From NCBI GenBank assembly GCA_029856125.1, contig JAHQWJ010000120.1, positions 96,001 to 160,000 of the forward strand: a stretch of DNA of 64,000 nt. The letters are read 5' to 3'. The notes under the pieces were generated by a model, which searched no databases, was not told where the DNA came from, and saw nothing but the letters and a program-made list of their open reading frames with translations. The translations under genes were made by a program, and so were the position numbers. The number at the start of each line of letters is the position of its first letter. Within the stretch, counting starts at the first letter, position 1. This DNA is from Promethearchaeia archaeon. Its GTDB lineage: Archaea; Asgardarchaeota; Lokiarchaeia; Sigyniarchaeales; SOKP01. Of the stretch, positions 1-9,628 are shown in pieces.

Positions 1-606
1 TCCTTTGTGTGGTCTCACCTGATCATTGGTAATAGTATATAAGCATAAGTAATCTGCTACACTTCCATTTGTAATGAAGCATTTTTCACCATTTAAGATA
101 TAATGATCACCATCTCGGATTGCTCTCAATCTCATTCCACCAATTGCATCAGAACCACCTGTTGGCTCTGTAATAGCAATTGCACCGAGTTTTGATCCAT
201 CTCCTATACCAGATAAGTATTTTTTTTTCTGTTCAGAGGTACCAAATTCAATAACAGGTCCAGCAAAAAGGCACGATGAAGCTCCAAAAACACCCGCTAA
301 GGCATAACTAAAAGCAGTTAATTCCTCTCCTAAAATAGTGCGATAAAGTATCGCTTTACCTTGACCTCCGGCTTCTTTTGGAATGGTCATATTAAGATAT
401 GGCATTTTCCTTAAAGTCTTTATAGCTAATTCCTTATCTCTGTTTCTATCTATATGTTCTGCGACTGGAGCAACATTTATTTCACACCATTCACGAACTT
501 CCATTCTAAAATCGTTTTCTTCTTTCGAATAAAAATGCAACCTATTTGGCATACAAGAATATCCAAACTTTAATTCCAAGTCTTCAAAATGTATGTGTCC
601 CGACAT
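1..606 (-). CDS. Acyl-CoA dehydrogenase, N-terminal part (runs off window start)
   Basis: Not in ORF track; my translation from ATG at 606: MSGHIHFEDLELKFG...FGTSEQKKKYL...GAIAITEPTGGSDA...GDHYILNGEKCFITNG; TEPxxGSD and LNGxKxFITNG are ACAD motifs; frame open to base 1. Confidence 0.92.
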   Translation of the reverse strand, partial: MSGHIHFEDLELKFGYSCMPNRLHFYSKEENDFRMEVREWCEINVAPVAEHIDRNRDKELAIKTLRKMPYLNMTIPKEAGGQGKAILYRTILGEELTAFSYALAGVFGASSCLFAGPVIEFGTSEQKKKYLSGIGDGSKLGAIAITEPTGGSDAIGGMRLRAIRDGDHYILNGEKCFITNGSVADYLCLYTITNDQVRPHKG

Positions 607-665
607 AATTCAATAATTAAATATCAGTCATAACTTTTTAATTTCTTTTTTTTTGTCTATCTAAT

Positions 666-677
666 TTACTTTAGTAA
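666..677. promoter_or_regulatory. Putative operator TTAC-N4-GTAA (TTACTTTAGTAA)
   Basis: Palindromic motif repeated in 7 intergenic regions of the island; 60 nt upstream of ACAD start. Confidence 0.65.
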
Positions 678-988
678 AATTAGAATTCATCTTAAAATAG
701 GTTTTTAGGTATAGATCTCTCGCTATGCTATGATGTTATGACGAGAAGAGATACAAATTATGAATTCAAATTACGATTCAATATTATCATTTTCAAACAT
801 TGCATCTTTATTAGGTTTTGATGGATCGAATTTTTCAGTTAGGTTAACCTATGAAATTAGTAAAATTAACTTGGGTTACCATATAAGATCTTAAGATTAC
901 TTACGTAGAATATGCTTCTTCATTTAGATTATTTAAATTTAAAGTATGACTAGTATTGAAATAAATCAAAAATAAGAAAAAGGGATTA

Positions 989-2041
989 ATGATGTCTATT
1001 GTTGATTCATCAAAAATAAAACGAGTTGAAATTCTTGAAATACTTGAATCTCATCAAAATTTCCAAACTCAAGTCAATGAAGCCTTTTTTATAGCTGTAA
1101 CTTATACACTTGATGATTACATACCGATTTGGAATAAAGTAAGTGTTTTAAATCAACGATGGCTTAAAGGAGAAAATGTGAAAATTACGCTATCTATGAA
1201 AGAGAAGTTACTTTTAGCAGAACATCTTAGATTTTATATGGAATATAGTGCGGATTATTTGGAAAAGTTATCTCCAATTCCAAAAGATGCTATAAGAAAA
1301 CCAGTAAAAGCCAATAATGTGCCTTGCGAATGGTTTTTCCATAATGGAGCAAAAGAAGATCGAGTTATCTTATATTTTCATGGAGGTGGTCACATTATGG
1401 GGTCTTCTAATAGTCATAAGTTATTTACATTGAAATTAGCAAGAATAACTAATATGAAGGTTTTAAGTATAAACTATCGTCTTGCTCCAGAGGAACCTCA
1501 TCCGGCAGCCTTAGAAGATTGTGTTTCTGTTTACAAATGGCTTCTCTCCTCGGGATATCAATCTAAAAACATTATTATCGCCGGAGACTCTGCAGGAGGT
1601 TATTACACGCTATTAACTTTACTCAAACTACGGGATGATAGAATCTCGTTACCTGCAGGAGCAATATGTCTTTGTCCATCTACAGATTTGGCACTAACTG
1701 GCGAGTCTCTAACAAAAAATTGTTCCACTGACATTATTTTAGGCGATTTAGGGTATATCTGGTGGGTTGATTCTAATTTAGCAGGCAGGAATCCTTTTGA
1801 TGCCACATTTTCTCCTCTTTATGCTGATTTAAAAAGCTTACCTCCCATTTTGCTTCAAGTAAGTACAAGTGAAATGCTGTTTGATGATTCCAAAAGATTT
1901 TTTGAGCTAGCTAAGAAGGCAGGGGTTGATATTTCAATGCAAACCTGGGATAACACCATACACGTATTTCAAAATACCGATTTACCTGAAGCAGAGGAAG
2001 CAATGGAAAAAATTAAAAAATTCACAGAAAAATTCTTTTGA
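989..2041 (+). CDS. Alpha/beta hydrolase, HSL-family esterase/lipase
   Basis: HGGG oxyanion motif, YRLAPE, GDSAG nucleophile elbow, C-terminal HVF. Confidence 0.92.
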   Translation: MMSIVDSSKIKRVEILEILESHQNFQTQVNEAFFIAVTYTLDDYIPIWNKVSVLNQRWLKGENVKITLSMKEKLLLAEHLRFYMEYSADYLEKLSPIPKDAIRKPVKANNVPCEWFFHNGAKEDRVILYFHGGGHIMGSSNSHKLFTLKLARITNMKVLSINYRLAPEEPHPAALEDCVSVYKWLLSSGYQSKNIIIAGDSAGGYYTLLTLLKLRDDRISLPAGAICLCPSTDLALTGESLTKNCSTDIILGDLGYIWWVDSNLAGRNPFDATFSPLYADLKSLPPILLQVSTSEMLFDDSKRFFELAKKAGVDISMQTWDNTIHVFQNTDLPEAEEAMEKIKKFTEKFF

Positions 2042-2073
2042 ATCAAGAGACTTGTGAAAATTCAATAAAAAGA

Positions 2074-2910
2074 CTACTCATCCAAGTATGTGGTCCATTC
2101 TGGTTTTAGTATATAAAATTGATCAATTGCATCCCGCATAGTTTTTCGACAAATTTCAATTTCTCTGATTGTGGGTGGTTCAACTTCTTTCACCTCTTTA
2201 GCAACATTTAGTTCCCAATCAGTTTTTTCTTTTACCTGCTCTATAGTAACATTTGGATGTAAAGCGTCCAGATACGCTTCTTTGGTCACGGAATCAAAAC
2301 GCATAATGCAAAGAGGTGAGATTATAGCTTCAGGGCCCGTATCAGGGGGGTATCCTGCTTTAATTCGACTATCGTAGCCTTTTAAATATCCAGGATCGGT
2401 GATAAAATCCAATTTTTTAATAAATCTACGTTTTGAATGGTCATCTACAAGATAGATCACTCTTTTTGATAAACCTGCGATTTCCGTAGCTCCACCGCCT
2501 CCTGGTAATCGATAAATTGGCTTTTGATAAGGTCCAATTACAGTGGTATTGCAGTTTCCATACTTATCAATACTAGATGTACTTAGTAGTGCCAGAGTGA
2601 CTTCGCCACGTTGAAGAACTGATAAAGCATCAATAGAATCTCCGATAAACAATGAATTTGGGATTAAAACCGGATCACTAATCGAATATGGAAGTTTATC
2701 GGGTTTAGGAAGCTCGTCCTGAAACAAGCCAACTTCTAATACGGTGAAAAGATTTGGGGCATGAAGTAATTTTGCCATATGAACCGCGAGAAACGGCCAA
2801 TGAAAAGCATTAAATACAATATCTTCATCTTTAATCTGTCTACATGCTGAGACTAACATCATCTCAAAGCTGGTATATTCCTTACAATATATTTTTTCAT
2901 CAGTATCCAT
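2074..2910 (-). CDS. Family I CoA-transferase beta subunit (glutaconate CoA-transferase GctB-like)
   Basis: IDKYGNCNTTVIG, RLPGGGGATEIA, LDFITDPG; Glu in VLEVG at the expected catalytic position; overlaps alpha subunit gene. Confidence 0.88.
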   Translation of the reverse strand: MDTDEKIYCKEYTSFEMMLVSACRQIKDEDIVFNAFHWPFLAVHMAKLLHAPNLFTVLEVGLFQDELPKPDKLPYSISDPVLIPNSLFIGDSIDALSVLQRGEVTLALLSTSSIDKYGNCNTTVIGPYQKPIYRLPGGGGATEIAGLSKRVIYLVDDHSKRRFIKKLDFITDPGYLKGYDSRIKAGYPPDTGPEAIISPLCIMRFDSVTKEAYLDALHPNVTIEQVKEKTDWELNVAKEVKEVEPPTIREIEICRKTMRDAIDQFYILKPEWTTYLDE

Positions 2911-3811
2911 AGTCGACAGCTCCTTGTATAAGGCTTTTTGCTTTTAATTTTGATATTTTTTCAGTTCCTAACACTTTCAAATATTCTTCTCGATCATCTA
3001 CCCCAGTGACCCATTTTTCAAGCCAATTTTCCCAATCTTCTACTGTTTTAGTTTCTTTAGCATAATTAAATCTATATTCTAAATCGGTGTAATAAAAGCC
3101 TTGCACGTAGCTAGGATGACCTCCCCAAGGTTCATGCACAACCGCATCAACTTTACTTGCCGACACAATTGTACGTTCGGGAGATTCCATAATTATTTTT
3201 TTATCTACAATTTCCTCTGCTGCAACAATTATTTTTTTACAAGAATTAATACCAAACTTTGTATCACCGATTAATCCCCACATTTGTGCATTACCTTCAC
3301 TATCTGACCTCTGTACCTGGATAACTCCAACATCGGGATTTATAGCGGGAACAACACAAAGTTCTTCTCCAGTAAAAGGACATTCCATTACAGCTGCTTT
3401 TAATCCAACTTCTTTAGGATGATCGTAAATATCAGTCCCAACAATTGAACGAATCGGCATAAAAGGTACACCCATATAACCAGCAAAAAAAGACATATTG
3501 ATCATAAAGAGTGATTGCTCGTTATAGATTACCTTTTGAGGTATTCCTTCCTCTACGGCTCTCTTAAGATTCCAAGCTGGTTGTGGACCATGTGGATTCC
3601 AGCAATGTGATGTAATTATTTGATCCGTGACTCCTGCTCCTATTAATTGATCAAACAGCATTCCCCCACTACATTTACATACCTTAAGATTCTTTATATT
3701 TTGTCTTATAATCTCATGAGCTGCGGAAAATGGAATACCATTAGAAAATCCACCTAAAAAAACTAAATCATTGTTATAAACAGATTTCTTTATTGCCTCT
3801 TCCATAGTCAT
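2900..3811 (-). CDS. Family I CoA-transferase alpha subunit (GctA-like)
   Basis: LGGF...PFSAAHEIIRQ, DQLIGAG, PAINPDVGVIQVQRSDSEGN, VVHEPWGGHPS; true start may be ATA 3829 or ATT 3826 after a GGAGGTG SD. Confidence 0.88.
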   Translation of the reverse strand: MTMEEAIKKSVYNNDLVFLGGFSNGIPFSAAHEIIRQNIKNLKVCKCSGGMLFDQLIGAGVTDQIITSHCWNPHGPQPAWNLKRAVEEGIPQKVIYNEQSLFMINMSFFAGYMGVPFMPIRSIVGTDIYDHPKEVGLKAAVMECPFTGEELCVVPAINPDVGVIQVQRSDSEGNAQMWGLIGDTKFGINSCKKIIVAAEEIVDKKIIMESPERTIVSASKVDAVVHEPWGGHPSYVQGFYYTDLEYRFNYAKETKTVEDWENWLEKWVTGVDDREEYLKVLGTEKISKLKAKSLIQGAVDYGY

Positions 3812-3879
3812 TATTTTATTGGGAATTATTTTTACACCTCCTAATTTTAATAAATAATCATAAAAAAATGCTTAGATAT

Positions 3880-5046
3880 TTATTTTTTATAGCTCCTTTT
3901 AATAAGGTTATTTATTTCTTCAAGATTAGGAACCTTAGGATGAAACTTATAGTTAGGGATTTCAAGTGTATCATCACCTATTTTTTTTAGATCTCCTTCA
4001 GAAACCTTTTTATCCTCTAAGCTTATCCACAATCCAATTTTCTTCAAGAATTTCTCTATTTCAATACACGCTTGTTCTGCGGCTGCAACATCAGATTCAT
4101 TTATTAGCTTTGGGTTTAATAATCTTCCAACAGTTGCATATTTTTGGATAGCATGCTTCCAAGTCCAACGGTTTATTTCAGGATACATTATCGCCAGAGC
4201 CTCTCCATGCATAATATTTGAATTATTCCCACCTATAGACATACCTATTGCATGAAAAAGTGTGGTCCCAACATTTGTTATGCAAATTCCTCCAAATGTG
4301 CTAGCCATAGAAAGTGCTTCCCTTGCTTCTTTATTTGATGTATCTTTAATAACGATCGGTAAATACTTAATTACCATTTTTAAAGAATCCATAGCAATCA
4401 AATCGACTAAATATGTTGAAAATTTATTCAAATAACTTTCAAATAAATGGCAAAAAACATCAAAACCAGTCACAGCTGTAATATATGGAGGGACTGTCAT
4501 TGTAGGTTCAGGATCAACGATACTAACCTTTGGGCATAAAGACCAATCTGCAAGCACAGACTTTAATTTTTGTTTGGAATTTTTGATAACTGCCACGCTT
4601 GTGATTTCAGCTCCAGTTCCTGAAGTAGTTGGAATGGTAACAATTGGCAATAATTTTTTACTGTTAATACGCTTTTGCCTTAATCGATAATCCCATATAT
4701 CTCCTTCATGAGTGGCACCAACCGCAATACTTTTAGCAGTATCAATGCTCGAACCACCACCAACGCCTAATATAACATCAATGTTGTTTTTGATAGCCAT
4801 TTTAGAAGCGAGATTTATAGAGTCTGTAGTTGGATTGGGAATGACTCCATCAAAATGAAATACTTCGACTCCTGCTTCATTACATAGTGTTATAACTTTT
4901 TCAAACAATGGTTTCATTGCAGGAAAGGGTTTGACTGTAACTAAAAGACATTTTTTTCCTAAACGCGAAATAACTTTCCCAATTTCATTCACACGACCCC
5001 AACCGTATCTAATACTCGTTGGTAAATAATAATTAAAATTTTTCAA
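3880..5046 (-). CDS. Iron-containing alcohol dehydrogenase
   Basis: GGGSSIDTAK, PTTSGTGAE, metal ligands DVFCH, FHA, HGEA; TTG start after GAGGGG. Confidence 0.92.
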   Translation of the reverse strand: MKNFNYYLPTSIRYGWGRVNEIGKVISRLGKKCLLVTVKPFPAMKPLFEKVITLCNEAGVEVFHFDGVIPNPTTDSINLASKMAIKNNIDVILGVGGGSSIDTAKSIAVGATHEGDIWDYRLRQKRINSKKLLPIVTIPTTSGTGAEITSVAVIKNSKQKLKSVLADWSLCPKVSIVDPEPTMTVPPYITAVTGFDVFCHLFESYLNKFSTYLVDLIAMDSLKMVIKYLPIVIKDTSNKEAREALSMASTFGGICITNVGTTLFHAIGMSIGGNNSNIMHGEALAIMYPEINRWTWKHAIQKYATVGRLLNPKLINESDVAAAEQACIEIEKFLKKIGLWISLEDKKVSEGDLKKIGDDTLEIPNYKFHPKVPNLEEINNLIKRSYKK

Positions 5047-5147
5047 AATTTCCCCTCATAATTATCTTTATCATTATTGAATTCAGTCATAAATTAATAA
5101 TGATTATATGAAATTGATATTAATTATTTTCTTTATAAAATTAATAT

Positions 5148-5159
5148 TTACTATCGTAA
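5148..5159. promoter_or_regulatory. Putative operator TTAC-N4-GTAA (TTACTATCGTAA)
   Basis: Upstream of the ADH / CoA-transferase operon. Confidence 0.6.
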
Positions 5160-5208
5160 AAATGGCTAATCTTGTTTAATTTCAAAAATTTGAAATTGAG
5201 AAAAAAAA

Positions 5209-6744
5209 TCATACTCTATACATAAAAGGAAGTTCTTCCATTGCTAACCTTTCAGTTCGTAATGGATCTTTCTCTAATTTAATATCCTCGCCAAATAATA
5301 ATGTATCTCTATTATCTATACTATAAGTAGGCCACGGAGGGATTTCATTGTGATTTGGGTTACCTGATCTTGCGAAAGAAATCCAAGAATCCATCATTAG
5401 CTCAGAAATTTTTGAATTAATTTCATCCCTCTTAGGGTAAACCCCAAATTCAGTATCATCTAAAGTTCCAAATACAAAAGGAATTTCGAGTGCGTGAGTG
5501 GCTCCATAATTTCCTCCTAGTACAGGAGTTTTATAAGTAAATAAATACATATATGTATTGTTATTATGCTTTGCTTGTGCCTCAGCTACTCTTATAGAGG
5601 GATACCGAAAAGTAAAATCCGTGGATAAGGCATTCAATACCTCAAATGGGTTATTTCTAGAGTGTTTATAGGAATTAATAAGTTTTTCAACTTGCGTTTT
5701 GTCTAAATCTAAAGTACTTAAGCTTGTTTTTATAAATTCAGTTAAATTATCCCAATCAATATGTTGCAATTTTGGAGTCAACATTGAAAAGAATGTCCAC
5801 TCATTAAGATTGGTTCCAATTAACAAATCTACATTCTTTGACGATCCTTTACTAATTGATAGTAGGGGATGTTCTGGTACCTTATTTTCATCAACAGTTG
5901 GAGGATAACCTATCCAAACTCTCTTTTCCCAATTTTCTAATCTTATTTTGTTTTCTTTTTTAATCAATTTTTCAACAGAGATTTTGCGCATAGCATCAAT
6001 GTCACCCGGTTTTATTCCCAGTCTTGAAAATAAAGTCTTAGTAGCTAATATTCCACCTTCGGGGTTATTACCTTGAGGATCCAGAGCTCCACTTTGACAT
6101 ATTGCCCTACGAATGAACGGCTTAGCAGCGGGCATTGAAAGTAATGTGCAAACAGCTGTACTTCCTGCAGATTCACCAAAAATCGTAATATTATTGGGAT
6201 CTCCACCAAAGTTTGTTATGTTATCATAATTCCATTTTAAAGCGGTGACCTGGTCCATAAAACCAAGATTTGAAACTTCATCAGGGACATATAGATTCCC
6301 TAATGCTCCTAGACGGTAATTTATTGTAATTACACAAACATCACCCCTTTGACTCAAAAATTCACCATTATAACGTGGTGATGGAGCTCCTCCGTAGTGA
6401 AACGCTCCACCGTGAATCCAGAACATTACAGGGCGTTTTTCATTATCGCATGCAGGAGTCCAAATATTTAACGTCAAACAATCCTCGCTCTGAGGATGAT
6501 ATCTTATAGATGATCCAACTACATCAGGCTGAGGGGCTATGGGACCAAATTCTGTAGCTTCGAGGATACCATCCCATGGTTCCTTTTCAACAGGGTCTCT
6601 GAAACGTAAATCACCAATTGGTGGTTGAGCGTACGGTATTCCTTTAAACACAAATAATCCATTTTCTAGACTCCCCTTTAATTTACCCGTAGTGGTTTTA
6701 ACAATATCAGTCTTTTTCATTAGCTTAAACCAAATGATTCTCAA
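5209..6744 (-). CDS. Carboxylesterase type B (PnbA-like)
   Basis: FKGIPYAQPP, SEDCLTLNIW, HGGAF, FGESAG, HALEIPFVFG; likely start ATG 6720 (MKKTDIV). Confidence 0.93.
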   Translation of the reverse strand: MRIIWFKLMKKTDIVKTTTGKLKGSLENGLFVFKGIPYAQPPIGDLRFRDPVEKEPWDGILEATEFGPIAPQPDVVGSSIRYHPQSEDCLTLNIWTPACDNEKRPVMFWIHGGAFHYGGAPSPRYNGEFLSQRGDVCVITINYRLGALGNLYVPDEVSNLGFMDQVTALKWNYDNITNFGGDPNNITIFGESAGSTAVCTLLSMPAAKPFIRRAICQSGALDPQGNNPEGGILATKTLFSRLGIKPGDIDAMRKISVEKLIKKENKIRLENWEKRVWIGYPPTVDENKVPEHPLLSISKGSSKNVDLLIGTNLNEWTFFSMLTPKLQHIDWDNLTEFIKTSLSTLDLDKTQVEKLINSYKHSRNNPFEVLNALSTDFTFRYPSIRVAEAQAKHNNNTYMYLFTYKTPVLGGNYGATHALEIPFVFGTLDDTEFGVYPKRDEINSKISELMMDSWISFARSGNPNHNEIPPWPTYSIDNRDTLLFGEDIKLEKDPLRTERLAMEELPFMYRV

Positions 6745-6798
6745 TATTTAAGACTATTAATCAATAATTATTTTATTTATTCATTAGATTCTGCATTT

Positions 6799-6810
6799 TT
6801 ACTTATGTAA
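6799..6810. promoter_or_regulatory. Putative operator TTAC-N4-GTAA (TTACTTATGTAA)
   Basis: In divergent region between carboxylesterase and FATP-like ligase. Confidence 0.65.
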
Positions 6811-6909
6811 TTTGAGTGAATTTTATTAATTAAAATTAATTGCTTTCAAATATCAAATTAAGTACTTATTAAAAGACTAACTTTACTAAAAATAGGATGA
6901 GTTAATATT

Positions 6910-8781
6910 ATGAGGCTAAACCGAATCCCATCAAAAAAAAGTAAAAGTTATTTACCATCTAAATGGGATTTTGTTAAAGCTTGGTTCTTTTCTCGTCACG
7001 TAATTAAGCGTATGGAGAGTGTGGCTGATGAAGCTTTAGCTATAACTCCCGAATCTTATAAAAATGTTGCAATTTTAATTGAAAAACATGCTAAAGAGTA
7101 TCCAAATGATGCCGCAATTCTTTTTGAAGATAAAAGGTATACACATAAGGAATATAATGAATGGTGCAACCGGTATGCTAGTTATTTCCAAAAAAAGGTC
7201 GGGCTAAACAAAGGAGATATAGCTGTTGTTTTTATAACGAATAGGCCTGAAATGATGTTCACAATATTTGGATTGTCTAAAATAGGGGTTATTTCTTCTC
7301 TAATTAATACTAAACAAAGATCCAATCCTCTTGTGCATAGTATCAACATCGATCCTGGAAAAGTCTTCATTATTGGTGAAGAATTAATAGAAGCATTTGA
7401 AGATGTTTGTCAGGACCTTAAATTATCAGAAGAACAATCTAAACATTTATACTTTGTTCCAGATAACGGAGATATTAAAAAACCCGACGAGTTTCAGAAT
7501 TTATTGGATCTTGTTAAAAATGAAGATGTTTCCAATCCTCCATCATCAGTAACACTCCAAGCGAAAGACCCGTACGCTTACATCTTCACTAGTGGAACAA
7601 CGGGGTTACCAAAAGCAGCTATTATTACGCACGGACATACTTACGAGTGTAGTATTTACTTCGCCGATACTGTTGTTGGATTTGACCACAAGGATGTAAT
7701 ATATGTGACCACTCCTCTTTTTCATTCTCATGCTATACAAGTAGCTTATGCAGCTTCATTAAGATATGGCTCAACTATTGCATTAAGGCGTAAATTTTCT
7801 GCTAGTAATTTTTGGGATGATGCTATTAAATTTAAAGCTACTAGTTTTAATTATATTGGGGAAATTTGTCGATACCTATATAATCAACCTGAAAAACCTA
7901 CTGACCGGAAACACAATATAAAGAAAATCATAGGAAATGGTCTTAGGAATGAAATGTGGAGGGATTTCAAAAAGAGATTTGGAATTAAGGAAATATATGA
8001 ATTCTACGGTGCTACAGAAAAAAATGCTCCAAATATTGCTAATCGTTTTAATTTGAATTGTACAGTTGGTTTTACATTAAAACCATATGCAATTGTGAAA
8101 TATGATCTAGATACTAATGAACCTATTAGAGCTGAGAATGGTTATATGATAAAAGCAAAAGAGGGAGAAGCAGGACTTCTGATAGCACAAATTATCACAG
8201 ATAATTTATATATATATACCGATAAAAAAGCAGATGAAAAGAAACTTCTCAGAAATGTGTTTGAGGATGGAGATCTTTATTTTAACACAGGAGATCTTCT
8301 TAAAGAGATAGGACAGTTTAAGAAAATTTATATTTTTAATCAATTTGTCGATAGAATTGGAGATACTTTTAGATGGAAAGGGGAAAATGTATCCACTGAA
8401 GAAGTTGAGGCAGCAATTAATGAATTTGACCAAGTTGAAATTTGCTGTGTATATGGTGTACAGATTCCACATACCGAAGGTAGAGCTGGAATGGTTTCAC
8501 TAGTATCCAATTCACAATCCAAGGATTTTAATTTTACTGGATTTTATTCTATGATTCAAGAAAATTTACCAGAATATGCCGTACCAAAATTTATTCGTTT
8601 CACTCCTAATTTAAGCACAACAGCCACTCTTAAAATTAAGAAGGGTAATTTAAAAAAAGAGGCATTTAATCTTGAAGAAATAGAAGATTCTATTTATATT
8701 CTTTTACCTAACTCATCTGGATACAAATTATTAACAAAAGAAATTTATAATGGGATTTTAAACTCAAAATACAATTTTTGA
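6910..8781 (+). CDS. Long/very-long-chain acyl-CoA synthetase, FATP/SLC27-like subfamily
   Basis: YIFTSGTTGLPKAA, FSASNFWDD, YIGEICRYL, FYGATE, DRIGDTFRWKGENVSTEEVE, GRAGM. Confidence 0.92.
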   Translation: MRLNRIPSKKSKSYLPSKWDFVKAWFFSRHVIKRMESVADEALAITPESYKNVAILIEKHAKEYPNDAAILFEDKRYTHKEYNEWCNRYASYFQKKVGLNKGDIAVVFITNRPEMMFTIFGLSKIGVISSLINTKQRSNPLVHSINIDPGKVFIIGEELIEAFEDVCQDLKLSEEQSKHLYFVPDNGDIKKPDEFQNLLDLVKNEDVSNPPSSVTLQAKDPYAYIFTSGTTGLPKAAIITHGHTYECSIYFADTVVGFDHKDVIYVTTPLFHSHAIQVAYAASLRYGSTIALRRKFSASNFWDDAIKFKATSFNYIGEICRYLYNQPEKPTDRKHNIKKIIGNGLRNEMWRDFKKRFGIKEIYEFYGATEKNAPNIANRFNLNCTVGFTLKPYAIVKYDLDTNEPIRAENGYMIKAKEGEAGLLIAQIITDNLYIYTDKKADEKKLLRNVFEDGDLYFNTGDLLKEIGQFKKIYIFNQFVDRIGDTFRWKGENVSTEEVEAAINEFDQVEICCVYGVQIPHTEGRAGMVSLVSNSQSKDFNFTGFYSMIQENLPEYAVPKFIRFTPNLSTTATLKIKKGNLKKEAFNLEEIEDSIYILLPNSSGYKLLTKEIYNGILNSKYNF

Positions 8782-8817
8782 TCCTTATTAATTAGAATAA
8801 CTGAAAGAATTAAGAAT

Positions 8818-9594
8818 ATGCTTGATCAACTTATAAGAAATTGGAAATTAGAACCAAATAAAGCAATACGTATTATTGCCTTTGGATCTAGTAATACTGA
8901 ACTTCATTGGCACTCCCTAGGTCATTTTAATTGGTTTTCCTGGCTAACAGCTTCTTTCCGAGAATGGATTGGAAGACACATAACAACAATTAATCAAGGG
9001 ATTAATGGAGAAACAGTTGAAGATCTATTAAAAAGAATCGATCGTGATGTTATTAATTACAAACCACACATTACCTTTATCACCATAGGTGGTAATGACG
9101 CCAATACAGGAATGGCACTGGATGATTACAGAGCTGCTCTAGAAAAAATTATTGATAAATTATATGAAATCGAGTGTTTACCTATTCTTCAAACATATTA
9201 TTGCCCCATTTACGAGGAAATGTCAGAAACATTTCAAAAGTTTCCAGAATTTATGGAAATAAAAAGAACGATAAGTTCTGAACGGCAGATACCACTGATA
9301 GATCAATATAAGTATTTTTCAGCTTTGTATCAAAACGAAAAAAACACCTATTCTGAATTAATGCTTGATGGCTTACATGTTAATCCCATTGGAAATGCGA
9401 TAATGGGACTGATTGCATGTCGGTCATGTTATCTACCAGATCCCGTTTTTTTAGATATAAAGTCCGAAAATGAAGTTCAATTTTATTTAGATAAAATGAA
9501 TCGATATCTCAAATTACCTCCTATTGTTGATGTTAACCACCATGAAGAAGTGAAGAAAGGCTATAGGGATTATTTTGAAAAACTACAACAATAA
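8818..9594 (+). CDS. SGNH/GDSL hydrolase
   Basis: Block I AFGSSNT (GDS variant), NQGING, GGND, DGLH. Confidence 0.85.
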   Translation: MLDQLIRNWKLEPNKAIRIIAFGSSNTELHWHSLGHFNWFSWLTASFREWIGRHITTINQGINGETVEDLLKRIDRDVINYKPHITFITIGGNDANTGMALDDYRAALEKIIDKLYEIECLPILQTYYCPIYEEMSETFQKFPEFMEIKRTISSERQIPLIDQYKYFSALYQNEKNTYSELMLDGLHVNPIGNAIMGLIACRSCYLPDPVFLDIKSENEVQFYLDKMNRYLKLPPIVDVNHHEEVKKGYRDYFEKLQQ

Positions 9595-9628
9595 AAAGTA
9601 AAAAATATTTGTTGATTTTAGTTTTGAG

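Noticed and set aside
607-988. Long intergenic region with TCTCG...CGAGA stem and TATG repeats near 715-750 as possible ncRNA
   Set aside because: No tRNA cloverleaf or complete C/D boxes recognised; stem too short
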